The position numbers and the translations under genes were made by a program. Below the pieces are notes generated by a model. That model had not been told where the DNA came from. It ran no database searches and saw only the letters and a program-made list of their open reading frames with translations. A stretch of 64,000 nucleotides of DNA, from positions 94,974 to 158,973 of the forward strand of contig JBBIRK010000004.1 of NCBI GenBank assembly GCA_037441845.1, read 5' to 3'. Every line of letters begins with the position of its first letter. Positions within the stretch are counted from its first letter, which is position 1. This document shows positions 1-10,540 of this stretch, piece by piece. This DNA comes from Candidatus Zixiibacteriota bacterium (lineage in GTDB: Bacteria; Zixibacteria; MSB-5A5; UBA10806; 4484-95).

Positions 1-528
1 GAACTCGCTGATTTCCCGGAGGCCATCGTTATCCGCAATGAACAAGATGCCAGAAAAGTCCGCGAGGAAATCCTGTATATCGCCACCAGGGACGAGTTGA
101 AACAGTTCGAGAGTCTCAATCTCGAGGGAAAAAACAACTTTATCCGCAGTTTCTGGCAACGCCGCGATCCCGACCCTGCCACTCCCATAAATGAAAACAA
201 AATCGAACATTATCGCCGCCTCAAATACGTGAATTCCGCCTTCTCGACTTTCCGCGATTCGGGAAACGAACCGAACGGCTGGAAAACCGATATGGGGAGG
301 GTTTACATCGTGTACGGCCCCCCGAGCGACGAGGAGAATTACCCATCGGCTATGGGAGAAATACCCTGGAAAAAATGGAATTACGATAGAATCGAGGGCG
401 GCGTATTTTTCATATTTATCGACGAGTCGGGATACGGAAATTACCGACTGATCCATTCGACGGCCAAAGGAGAGCCCAAGGATAACAACTGGGAGCTCCG
501 ACTGAAACCATCGACACCGGTGAGATGA
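1..528 (+). CDS. GWxTD domain-containing protein (5'-partial, runs off window start)
   Basis: Frame is open from base 1 (ELADFPEA...). Contains FW..RDP.P.T..NE and GWKTDMGRVYIVYGPP, the GWxTD signature. Confidence 0.85.
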   Translation, partial: ELADFPEAIVIRNEQDARKVREEILYIATRDELKQFESLNLEGKNNFIRSFWQRRDPDPATPINENKIEHYRRLKYVNSAFSTFRDSGNEPNGWKTDMGRVYIVYGPPSDEENYPSAMGEIPWKKWNYDRIEGGVFFIFIDESGYGNYRLIHSTAKGEPKDNNWELRLKPSTPVR

Positions 529-605
529 CACCGGCCCTTGCGGCTTCGATGTCTGGTGTTCAAAGCATGATCGATTGGGCAATTTCGTCCGCCTGCTTTT
601 TTATA

Positions 606-633
606 TTGCTTAAAGTTCGATTAATTATATCTT
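606..633 (+). promoter_or_regulatory. Possible sigma70 promoter giving a near-leaderless ABC transporter mRNA
   Basis: TTGCTT-16nt-TATCTT, 9 nt before ATG 643, with no SD sequence. Confidence 0.35.
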
Positions 634-642
634 CAGCTTCCG

Positions 643-1389
643 ATGATCGAAGTCCATAATCTTTCGAAAATTTTCGAGGATAAAAAGCGCGGCAGAGTCG
701 TTGCCGCCGATAATGTGACGTTCACCGCCGGTCCCGGAGAAATATTCGGTCTGCTCGGGCTGAATGGAGCGGGCAAGACGACTGTTCTGCGGATCATAGC
801 GACGATTTTGAAGCCGTCTTCCGGGAACGTTCGGGTTTGGGGCGTCGATGTCGTCCGCGAACCGGAAAAAGCAAAGGCGAATTTGGGATTTTTGACGGGG
901 GAGACCGGCCTTTACGGACGTTTGACTGCAAGGGAAATGATCGGATATTTCGGCAGGCTTTACGGCATGCCAGCCCGGCTGCTGAAAAATCGTACCGATG
1001 AGCTGATGCAGTTGTTCAATATGACTGAATTCGCCGACGTCCGCTGTGATAAATTGTCTTTCGGCACAAAGCAGAAAGTCTCGATCGCCAGAACCATAAT
1101 CCACGATCCCCGGGCGATCGTGCTCGATGAGCCGACGGTCGGACTGGATGTGATCACCAGTCGGGCGGTGGTTGATTTTATCCGAAACGAAAAAAGAAGG
1201 GGCAAGGCGATAGTGTTTTCCACTCATGTCATGCACGAGGCCGAAAAGCTTTGCGATAAGATCGGCATAATTCATCGCGGCAGAATCATTGCGGTCGGCA
1301 CGCCCAATGAATTGAAAGCGGCGTCCGGTCGCGATGATATGGACGAGGCGTTCGTGGCTTTGATCGAAGGTGATGGCCATGCTGCGTAA
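643..1389 (+). CDS. natA: ABC transporter ATP-binding protein, NatA-like (Na+ export)
   Basis: Walker A GLNGAGKT, signature LSFGTKQK, Walker B IVLDEP and H-loop STH; paired with a NatB-like permease. Confidence 0.8.
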   Translation: MIEVHNLSKIFEDKKRGRVVAADNVTFTAGPGEIFGLLGLNGAGKTTVLRIIATILKPSSGNVRVWGVDVVREPEKAKANLGFLTGETGLYGRLTAREMIGYFGRLYGMPARLLKNRTDELMQLFNMTEFADVRCDKLSFGTKQKVSIARTIIHDPRAIVLDEPTVGLDVITSRAVVDFIRNEKRRGKAIVFSTHVMHEAEKLCDKIGIIHRGRIIAVGTPNELKAASGRDDMDEAFVALIEGDGHAA

Positions 1390-2584
1390 CGTTTGGATTG
1401 TCTATTCGAAAGAACTGCTCGATACTGTGCGTGACCGCCGAACGATAATGTCGATGATCGTGGTGCCTATCGTAATTTTCCCGTTGTTGACTATCGGTTT
1501 CGGTTCGCTGGTTTCCGAAATGACCCAGAAAACGCAGCAGGAAAAGCAGCGCGTTGCTCTTATTAGCCGCGAGGATGCACCAGCGTTGTATGCGGTACTC
1601 GATTCATCCTCGGAGTTGGAGCTTGCGACGGATTGGAATCTGCCTGTCGATTCGATTGCCCCGGCGATCCTCAATAAAACGATTCAGGCGGCCGTCGTGG
1701 TTGATTCGAATTTCGAGGGGAAGGTTGCCGGTTTCGACAGTTCGGGGATCACGGTTTACTACGACGCGGCCGAGACCAAATCGGAAATCGCCAAAGAGAA
1801 GTTAAAAGAGATTTTAAGCGATTTCGAAAAATCGATTCTGCGGAATAGGCTGGCCGAAAAAAACATTCCCGACGATTTCATCATGCCTTTTCGAACTAAT
1901 ACCGAGAACGTGGCTCCCAAAGAAAAAATGGGAGGCTTCGTTTTGGGCATGTTTCTCCCTTATATGATAGTGATTCTCGGCATGGTGGGTGCAATGTACA
2001 CGGCGATCGATCTGACCGCCGGAGAAAAAGAACGGGGCACGCTCGAAACCATCTTGGTCAGCCCGATACCCCGCTGGCAGCTTGCCTCGGGGAAGTTCCT
2101 AACCATATTGACCACGTCGCTGGTAGCCTCTATTATGTCGATCACCAGCTTGACGGTAACCATGGTTTACGGTGTGATGTCAACCGCCTCGATGGGTGAG
2201 GCGATTGCGCTCAAAATCACTCCGCAAATGATTCTGACGATCTTGTTGCTGATGATTCCCACCGCTTGTCTTTTCTCGGCGCTGCTTATGTCGATATCGA
2301 TTTTCGCCAAATCTTACAAAGAAGCGCAGAGCTACGCATCCCCCTTGATGATGGTGATCATACTGCCTGCATTGGTTAGTTTCATTCCCGGCGTCGAGCT
2401 GAATATCAAACTCGCTTTCGTGCCGCTGGTAAACGTTTGTTTGGCTATCAAAGAGGCTTTGCTCGGCAATTTCAATCCGCTTTATATAGGTATTATTTTC
2501 GTTTCCGCGCTCATTTATGCGGCTTTCGCGATTTTCGTTACTCATCGAATATTCGAAAAAGAGAGCGTCCTCTTTCGTTCCTGA
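1379..2584 (+). CDS. natB: ABC-2 type permease, NatB-like
   Basis: KELLDTVRDRRT N-terminus, large extracytoplasmic loop, AGEKERGTLETIL motif and multiple TM helices. Start chosen at ATG 1379 (alternatives 1370/1373). Confidence 0.8.
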   Translation: MLRNVWIVYSKELLDTVRDRRTIMSMIVVPIVIFPLLTIGFGSLVSEMTQKTQQEKQRVALISREDAPALYAVLDSSSELELATDWNLPVDSIAPAILNKTIQAAVVVDSNFEGKVAGFDSSGITVYYDAAETKSEIAKEKLKEILSDFEKSILRNRLAEKNIPDDFIMPFRTNTENVAPKEKMGGFVLGMFLPYMIVILGMVGAMYTAIDLTAGEKERGTLETILVSPIPRWQLASGKFLTILTTSLVASIMSITSLTVTMVYGVMSTASMGEAIALKITPQMILTILLLMIPTACLFSALLMSISIFAKSYKEAQSYASPLMMVIILPALVSFIPGVELNIKLAFVPLVNVCLAIKEALLGNFNPLYIGIIFVSALIYAAFAIFVTHRIFEKESVLFRS

Positions 2585-2592
2585 GATAAAAA

Positions 2593-4362
2593 ATGCCTGA
2601 GGCGCAGGATCATAATCGTTCTACCGGCTCGGCCGGAACGTTCGAAAGGCTGTTGATCGAGGCTTCCCATATATTGAATTCCGACCTCGAGATTCAGACT
2701 CTTCTCGGCAACATTCTCGGCATATTGACCCGCTATCTCAAGGCGGAAGCTTCAACGATTTATTTGAGCAATAACGCCTCGAGGCCGGAGCTGTTCGTTT
2801 TTGCAGAGGATCTCGATAAGCAAATGAGGGCGGTCGAACCGGAACCCGATTCGGATGCCGCCAGACGCCTTTTCGGGGCTGGGCATCCGCTGGTGGTAAA
2901 TGATTTGCGCGGGGACGACTCGATACGGACTTATCTGAGCTTGCGTATCGGAATAGATGCTCGGAATCTGGTGGCGGTCCCCATAAAAAATAAAGAATCG
3001 CTGTTGGGCGTTATCGGAGTCGCCAATAAAAGAGGCGGCGGGGATTTTGACGAAAACGATCTTGAAATCATGATGGCATTGAGCGAACAGATCGCTCTTG
3101 CTCTTGCCAACGCTGATCTCATAGCCAGCCTTCGCCGCAAAAACATCGAATCGCAAAGTCTTTATGAAATAGCCAAACTGCTTTCCGGCAAGTTGGAGTT
3201 GAGCGAAATCCTCGAATTAATCGCCGAACAAGTGACCATTTTGGCTGGGGCCACGCTCACCACCATCTATCTGGTGGATCCCAACGACGGCTCGATAAAA
3301 GAGGTGGTTTCCATCGGAGTTCCTGAGGAAATTAAAAACCGTCTGACTTTGAAAATAGGCGAGGGAATAACCGGATGGGTGGCCAAGACCGGCAAGTCTC
3401 TGATGATCAACGACGTTTCCAAAAACAGTCATTATATACCGATCTTGCCCGACACCCGAAGCGAATTGGCGGTGCCGATAATCTCGCGTGATCGGGTGAT
3501 CGGCGTATTCAATGTCGAATCCAATCGCCTGAATGCTTATACCGCCGAAGATCTTGCGTTACTCGAGATGTTCGCCAGCCAGGCCGCGGTTTCTCTCGAG
3601 AGAGCGCTGCTTTATCAACAGATGATGGAACAGAAATCGCTTACCGACGAGTTGAAAATCGCCAGGCGAATTCAACAGACATTCCTGCCCAAAGGCCAGC
3701 CGCAGGTCCAGGGATACGACATGGCTGGTCTGAATATACCATCGGAGGCGGTGGGCGGTGATTACTACGATTTCATAAAAATCGTCGATAATCAACTCGG
3801 TATAGCTATAGGCGACGTGTCGGGTAAAGGAATGGGCGCAGCTCTGATAATGGCCACGTTCCGGGCATCTCTCAAAGCGGAAATCCGCAACAACTTCGCT
3901 ATCCGCACCATTCTTTCGAAAGTGAACGAATTGCTATATGAATCGATTGAACGTCAGAATTACGTGACCGCAGTCTATGGTGTGCTGGATATCGCTAATC
4001 ATATTTTTACCTATTCCAATGCCGGGCATCCACCGCCGCTGTTGGTGAGAAGCGACGGCACCGTTATGGAATTGACCGAAGGCGGCTATGCCATCGGAAT
4101 GTTCGCAAATTCGAGCTATAAAGAATCGTCGGTTCACATGGGCGCTGGCGATTCCCTTCTGCTATACACCGATGGCGTCACGGAGGCGCAGAATTCGGCC
4201 GGCGAGGAATTCGGTATGAGGCGGCTGAAAGAGATAATTATAGCCAACCGTACGCCCGGGGCAGCAACCGTTATCGATACCATAGTGAAAGAAATAGGGA
4301 ATTTCAAGGATCCCGCTCATCAGCTGGACGACCTCACGATGATATTAATCAAGAGCTTATAG
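2593..4362 (+). CDS. GAF-GAF-SpoIIE (PP2C, RsbU-like) serine phosphatase
   Basis: Two GAF-like repeats, then ARRIQ..FLP, VGGDYYD, GDVSGKG, NAGHPPP, YTDGVTE and DDLT. Confidence 0.9.
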   Translation: MPEAQDHNRSTGSAGTFERLLIEASHILNSDLEIQTLLGNILGILTRYLKAEASTIYLSNNASRPELFVFAEDLDKQMRAVEPEPDSDAARRLFGAGHPLVVNDLRGDDSIRTYLSLRIGIDARNLVAVPIKNKESLLGVIGVANKRGGGDFDENDLEIMMALSEQIALALANADLIASLRRKNIESQSLYEIAKLLSGKLELSEILELIAEQVTILAGATLTTIYLVDPNDGSIKEVVSIGVPEEIKNRLTLKIGEGITGWVAKTGKSLMINDVSKNSHYIPILPDTRSELAVPIISRDRVIGVFNVESNRLNAYTAEDLALLEMFASQAAVSLERALLYQQMMEQKSLTDELKIARRIQQTFLPKGQPQVQGYDMAGLNIPSEAVGGDYYDFIKIVDNQLGIAIGDVSGKGMGAALIMATFRASLKAEIRNNFAIRTILSKVNELLYESIERQNYVTAVYGVLDIANHIFTYSNAGHPPPLLVRSDGTVMELTEGGYAIGMFANSSYKESSVHMGAGDSLLLYTDGVTEAQNSAGEEFGMRRLKEIIIANRTPGAATVIDTIVKEIGNFKDPAHQLDDLTMILIKSL

Positions 4363-4507
4363 CCCTAAGGCTTTCAAGTCGATCGATCACTGTTACAAAT
4401 ATCAACCATGTGGTTGTGATAGTTGCAACGTCGAAAAATATCGATTTTTCCGAGTTTGATTGGGCGTTGCCCCGGATTCACGAACGATTACATGGTAATA
4501 GCATGAT

Positions 4508-4520
4508 AATCAATCAATTA
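4508..4520 (+). promoter_or_regulatory. IHF-consensus site
   Basis: AATCAATCAATTA matches WATCAANNNNTTR, about 200 bp upstream of the sigma54 site at 4719. Confidence 0.35.
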
Positions 4521-4718
4521 CCCAGTATTTTCGATTGCTTTATTAAACTCTATCCGCATTCCGACCAGCTGCTTAAGGAGAACTTGAACCAAGTCGCCGA
4601 TCAGTAGGTGTTACTATAATCATCTCTTCCTGATTCCTTAATAAATCTTGTATTTGAAATAACTTTATATTGCCTTGATATATAACAAGTTAGGTAAATG
4701 CTTTAATTTTGTCATCTT

Positions 4719-4733
4719 TGGCATGCTTGTTGC
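4719..4733 (+). promoter_or_regulatory. sigma54 (-24/-12) promoter
   Basis: TGGCATGCTTGTTGC with GG-N10-GC spacing, at the end of an AT-rich intergenic region. Confidence 0.75.
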
Positions 4734-4778
4734 GCTGCGACAAGGCAGTTTGCTTCTCTCCCCTCAGTTACTTTGGGT

Positions 4779-4814
4779 GGGGGCTGTCAACAAGAAAAGA
4801 CGGCCCCCTTCTTT
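4779..4814 (+). terminator. Intrinsic terminator-like hairpin between the sigma54 promoter and the ECF sigma gene
   Basis: GGGGGCTGTC / GACGGCCCCC 10-bp stem (1 GU), 10-nt loop, followed by TTCTTT. Confidence 0.6.
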
Positions 4815-4846
4815 GAAAACAAGAGGCAGGCGATTCTGGAGTAATA

Positions 4847-5434
4847 ATGAACGCTGCTTATCCGGAAAACTCGAGGGTTGATTTCGAGAAGATGGTCATA
4901 AGCCATCGCCAATACCTATTTAATTTAGCCCTATCGCTGACTCACGATTGCAACCGCGCCGATGATCTGGTTCAGGAAACTTATTTGAAAGCTTTGTTGG
5001 GATACGGTCTCTTCCGGCAAGGAACCAACTGCCTGGCCTGGCTTTCCCGAATCTTGATCAATACCTATATCAATCAATATAATTATTGCAAGCGGCATCC
5101 TCAGGAGGAGATAACCGAAGATGTCTTTTCGGTCTCGATCGAATTCCATGACACTCACGATTTCGAGGTTTATGACGATCGCAGCCTCCTGTTTTACGGA
5201 GTCAGCGACAAGGTGATGGAAGCTCTGATGAGCCTGCCCGATGATTACCGGGATACCGTGATTTTGTCCGATCTTCGTGGGTTGCCGTACGAGGATATTT
5301 CCCGCCGCTGCGGTGCTCCCATGGGGACGATCAGGTCGCGGCTTTCGCGCGGCCGCTGCATTCTTCGCAAGAAACTTTCCCGACGCAACCTTCCGATATA
5401 TCTGCGCAAAAACTTTCCCGCCTCGGCCGAATAG
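4847..5434 (+). CDS. ECF RNA polymerase sigma factor (SigH/SigR-like)
   Basis: Region 2 ADDLVQETYLKA...GTNCLAWLSRILINTYIN; region 4 YEDIS...PMGTIRSRLSRGR. Confidence 0.9.
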   Translation: MNAAYPENSRVDFEKMVISHRQYLFNLALSLTHDCNRADDLVQETYLKALLGYGLFRQGTNCLAWLSRILINTYINQYNYCKRHPQEEITEDVFSVSIEFHDTHDFEVYDDRSLLFYGVSDKVMEALMSLPDDYRDTVILSDLRGLPYEDISRRCGAPMGTIRSRLSRGRCILRKKLSRRNLPIYLRKNFPASAE

Positions 5435-5607
5435 CGCGTCCGTTTTTATACGAATGTTGAATCGCCGGAATTTTCTTTCTTGCCGCGAGAATTTATTTGA
5501 AACGGCCGATCCCGAACTTACTAAATGGAAACCAGCCGCCGCCTTGTTGATTTAATAATGGGGAAGCGAGAATCGCATATTACGCCATGGAATTGGCAAA
5601 AAAATCA

Positions 5608-5636
5608 TTGACTTGGTATGCTAAGGATGTTAAAAT
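5608..5636 (+). promoter_or_regulatory. sigma70 promoter of the tRNA pair
   Basis: TTGACT-17nt-TAAAAT with extended -10 TG and an upstream A-tract. Confidence 0.75.
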
Positions 5637-5652
5637 AAAAAGTTACGGGTCT

Positions 5653-5726
5653 GGGCCCATAGCTCAGTTGGTCAGAGCAAGTGACTCATAATCACTGGGT
5701 CCCAGGTTCGAGCCCTGGTGGGCCCA
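5653..5726 (+). tRNA. tRNA with CAT anticodon, most likely tRNA-Ile2 (lysidine); CCA not encoded
   Basis: Cloverleaf: GGGCCCA/TGGGCCC acceptor, AGTGA-CTCATAA-TCACT anticodon arm, GTTCGAG T-loop. The G1:C72 pair excludes initiator tRNA, and the sequence resembles Ile-type tRNAs. Confidence 0.9.
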
Positions 5727-5733
5727 GGTAAAC

Positions 5734-5810
5734 GGGCAATTAGCTCAGCTGGTTAGAGCGTTCGGTTCACATCCGAGAGGTCACAGGTTCAAGTCCTGTA
5801 TTGCCCACCA
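5734..5810 (+). tRNA. tRNA-Val(CAC)
   Basis: GGGCAAT/ATTGCCC acceptor, TTCGG-TTCACAT-CCGAG anticodon arm, GTTCAAG T-loop, ends ACCA. Confidence 0.93.
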
Positions 5811-5895
5811 TTGAAAACGGAAGGAAACAAGGGTGGATGAAAATTCCAATTGACTTGTCGAAAGATTTTTCATCCTATTCTTATGTGATAAATCG

Positions 5896-5925
5896 AGGGT
5901 GCGCCTTAAATTGCGCACCCTTTTT
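5896..5925 (+). terminator. Intrinsic terminator after the tRNA pair
   Basis: AGGGTGCGC / GCGCACCCT perfect stem followed by TTTTT. Confidence 0.75.
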
Positions 5926-5941
5926 CGTTTGAGGTTGATTT

Positions 5942-6664
5942 ATGCAGGACGTGTTGAATTTATTGGTGGAGCTTCAGAAAATCGATGAGGACCTCGGGGA
6001 GCTTGAACACTCCAAAGTATATCTCCCCGAAATGATAGCCAATATCAATAACGAGCTTGAGTCCCTCGAAAAAAGTCTGGCCGAAACCGAAACCACGCTG
6101 CTGGAAGCCAAAAAAAAGCAAAAACAATTGGAGCTCGATATAGAATCCGATAAGGAACAGCTTGCACAATACCAGAAGCAGATGAAAGTTATCAAGACGA
6201 ACAAGGAATACGATGCCCTCGTCGCCGAAATCGATGCCAAAAAACGTCGGATAAGCGATAACGAAGACGAAATTCTGAAATTGATGGGATTGATCGAACA
6301 GGCAACCGAAGATTTGGCGGCGATAAAAGTCAAACTCGAGGAGACCAGATCGAACAACGCCATTCATCTGCAAAATCTCAATGCGGAAATGAGCACTCTC
6401 GAAGCCAAGATCGAAAGCAAACAGAAGGAAAGAGGCGGTCTGATAAAGTCGATCGACCGTCGGGCGCTTTCCATGTACGAAAGAATCCGCAAAGGGAAGG
6501 GCAAAGGCGGCATGGCGGTGGTCAAGATCCGCAAGAGAGCCTGCGGCGGCTGTTTCAAGCAAGTTCCGCCGCAACTGGTGCAGGAGATCAGAAGAGGCGA
6601 TAAGATATTCACTTGCGACAGCTGCGGCAGAATTCTTATCTGGAGCGATGAAGACAGCGATTAA
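5942..6664 (+). CDS. C4-type zinc-ribbon coiled-coil protein (DUF164/CT398-like)
   Basis: LQ.ID N-terminus, long coiled coil with TNKEYDAL, C-terminal CGGC...CDSCGRIL. Confidence 0.88.
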   Translation: MQDVLNLLVELQKIDEDLGELEHSKVYLPEMIANINNELESLEKSLAETETTLLEAKKKQKQLELDIESDKEQLAQYQKQMKVIKTNKEYDALVAEIDAKKRRISDNEDEILKLMGLIEQATEDLAAIKVKLEETRSNNAIHLQNLNAEMSTLEAKIESKQKERGGLIKSIDRRALSMYERIRKGKGKGGMAVVKIRKRACGGCFKQVPPQLVQEIRRGDKIFTCDSCGRILIWSDEDSD

Positions 6665-6766
6665 AACCACTATTCCGGCGTATGGAAATTTCATTTTTCA
6701 GCCGGATTGGACGGATGGCGGTTAGGAGCGACCGAAAGACCTTTTTTTTTCGAGAGCGATCGATAA

Positions 6767-8272
<1,506 letters not shown>

Positions 8273-8395
8273 AAACGGTAGCGTCAGCACATCTTGTCGG
8301 CGCCGATTCCAATTCGGGGGAACATTTCCATGCCATTGAGGATTATTTTAAGATATCGTATCCCCGAGGGGAATCATTCAGGCGAAAGCAGATAA

Positions 8396-9370
8396 ATGAG
8401 AATTTGGTCAGGCTTTTTGATTTTGCTGGCGGCGTTAATCTCAACAGCAGGAGCTGAAATGAACGACGGTCGATCGAAAAAGATATCTCAGTCGCTCGAA
8501 TATGCCGACAGCCTTTTCAAAGCGCGCGATTATGATAATGCAAGAGAAGTCTATCTGGCCGCCGCCCAAACCGCCATAAAAGCGAAAGACCAATCGAGCC
8601 TCACCGAATGCTATGCCATGATCGCAAGATGCTGTCTTATCTGCGACAAGAAGCAGGAAGGCGGAGTTTGGCTGGAAAAGAGCACCGAAATCGCGCGGCC
8701 CGAATTTCGGCTCGGATGGTCGCGCTATCTTGGTGTGCGTGGCAGATTCGAATGGCAGGATAATCAGATTGAAAAAGCCACGGAGACATTCAAGGAAATG
8801 TATGCGTTTTGTTCCGTAAATCACCTTCACGACCGGGCTGTGGATGCCGCCCACATGATTGCCATAACCGGCACGCCGCAGGAACAGGTGGAATGGGGTT
8901 TGAAAGGGATTCGGGAGGCAGAAGAAGGAAATTTAACGAGTTGGCTCGGTCCGCTCTGGAACAATCTCGGGGCTACCTACGAAGATTTGAAAGAATTCGC
9001 AAAATCGCTGGATGCCTATGTTAGGGCCCGGGAATATCACTACAAATTCGGCGACAAAAAGAACCGACTGGTGGCCGATTATGCGGTGGCCCACGCTCGC
9101 AGGAATCTGGGAGAATACGAAACCGCTTTGAAATCATTTGAAATGTTGCAAAAGAATTTCGCCGAATTGGGAGACACCGAATTTCAAGGACTGACAGCCA
9201 GAGAAATCGGCGAGATTCATAAGGCTCAGGGCCAAGGCAAAGAGGCGTTGACGAATTTTGAGGCAGCGGCAGAATTTCTGAGCGAAGCAGGCATGGCGGA
9301 ATGGGATTCCGCCGGATTCAGCCATCTGCAAAATCTGATTTCGGAATTGAAAGCAGAATTAGATCGATAA
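8396..9370 (+). CDS. Secreted tetratricopeptide-repeat protein
   Basis: Signal-peptide-like N-terminus (…ISTAGA) and TPR-like helices (LWNNLGATY, LGEYETAL). Confidence 0.7.
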   Translation: MRIWSGFLILLAALISTAGAEMNDGRSKKISQSLEYADSLFKARDYDNAREVYLAAAQTAIKAKDQSSLTECYAMIARCCLICDKKQEGGVWLEKSTEIARPEFRLGWSRYLGVRGRFEWQDNQIEKATETFKEMYAFCSVNHLHDRAVDAAHMIAITGTPQEQVEWGLKGIREAEEGNLTSWLGPLWNNLGATYEDLKEFAKSLDAYVRAREYHYKFGDKKNRLVADYAVAHARRNLGEYETALKSFEMLQKNFAELGDTEFQGLTAREIGEIHKAQGQGKEALTNFEAAAEFLSEAGMAEWDSAGFSHLQNLISELKAELDR

Positions 9371-9482
9371 TTCCGAAACGATCATGCACTTTCGGTCCAG
9401 CGACGAAGCTCACCCATCTTTTCCATGTTCGATTGGTTTTCGGCCTAAGATTGGCCGATCTCCGGCAGGCATCAATCATGGC

Positions 9483-9512
9483 TTGACAACAGGCTCGGTC
9501 TATGGTTATATA
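9483..9512 (+). promoter_or_regulatory. sigma70 promoter upstream of lemA-rnpB-recJ
   Basis: TTGACA followed 17-18 nt later by TTATAT/TATATA. Confidence 0.55.
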
Positions 9513-9556
9513 GACTTTCGAAAAGGGCATTTTCAACTTTGCCCGAGGAGCAAAAG

Positions 9557-10156
9557 ATGGCTTTATCCAAAGGATGCCTGACCGCGGCAGCGGTCGTGGC
9601 GGCGATTGTTTTTCTGGCGCTCTTGATCGGTGGTTATCTGATGACCACTTATAATTCGCTGGTCAAACAAAACGAATCGATCAACAGCGCTTGGGCGGAA
9701 ATCGATAACCAGCTGCTAAGGCGAAACGACCTCATTCCCAATCTTGTAAGCACGGTCGAAGGGTATGCTACTCATGAACGGGAGCTGTTCGAGAAAATCG
9801 CCGACGCCAGGGCCCGGCTCGCGGGAGCGGCAACGGTAGGTGAAAAGATGGCCACCTCAAACGAGCTGGCGGGTTTTCTCGGTAGACTTCTGGCTATTGC
9901 GGAAAATTATCCTCAGCTGAAGGCGAACGAAAGTTTCAACAAGATGATGGATGAACTGGCGGGAACCGAAAATCGGATAAACGTGGCGAGAAAACGTTAC
10001 AACGACCAGGTCATGAGTTATAATAGCACGATAAAGAGATTTCCGGTAAATATGTTGGCGGGAATGTTCAATTTCCAGGCACGAGAATATTTCGAAGTGC
10101 CGGAGGAGGCTAGAGCAGTACCAAGAGTCCAATTCGGCAACACCGGCCAAAAATAG
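9557..10156 (+). CDS. lemA: LemA family protein
   Basis: N-terminal TM, YNSLV, RRNDLIPNLV, ENYPQLKANESF and TENRINVARKRYN. SD GAGGAG precedes ATG 9557. Confidence 0.93.
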   Translation: MALSKGCLTAAAVVAAIVFLALLIGGYLMTTYNSLVKQNESINSAWAEIDNQLLRRNDLIPNLVSTVEGYATHERELFEKIADARARLAGAATVGEKMATSNELAGFLGRLLAIAENYPQLKANESFNKMMDELAGTENRINVARKRYNDQVMSYNSTIKRFPVNMLAGMFNFQAREYFEVPEEARAVPRVQFGNTGQK

Positions 10157-10526
10157 CAGGGCAGGCCGGGCGGCCGCCTGAGCCATCGGCGCAGGAGGAA
10201 AGTCCGAGCTTACCAGGGCAGGGTGCCTCGTAACGCGAGGGGTCCGCAAGGACACGGATAGCGCCACAGAAAAAATACGGCCGATGGTTTTATTTCGGCA
10301 AAGGTGAAATGGCGGTGTAAGAGACCACCGCTCCGGTGGTGACACCGGGGGCACGGCAAGCCCCACCCGTAAGAAAGGCCAAGCAGGAGAGATGAGGTTG
10401 CCCGCCTCGTTCGATCTCCGGGTAGGCCGCTTGAGCTTGGGCGCAAGCCCGAGCCTTAGATGAATGGCCGCCGCTCTCAAATTCGAATTTGAAGAGTACA
10501 GAACTCGGCTTATAGGCCTGCCTGCT
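10155..10526 (+). ncRNA. rnpB: RNase P RNA (class A)
   Basis: Conserved GAGGAAAGTCC, GCCACAGAAA, GGTGAAA..GCGGTGTAAGAG, GGCAAGCCCCAC, TAGATGAATG and ACAGAACTCGGCTTA; P1 ends are complementary. Confidence 0.95.
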
Positions 10527-10540
10527 TTTGAATCTTCTAT

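Noticed and set aside
4410..4881. Small + strand ORFs 4410-4607 and 4675-4881
   Set aside because: No SD or recognisable motifs; they overlap promoter and terminator elements.
5653..5810. tRNA-anchored genomic island
   Set aside because: No integrase and no duplicated tRNA 3' end seen; the flanking genes are housekeeping.
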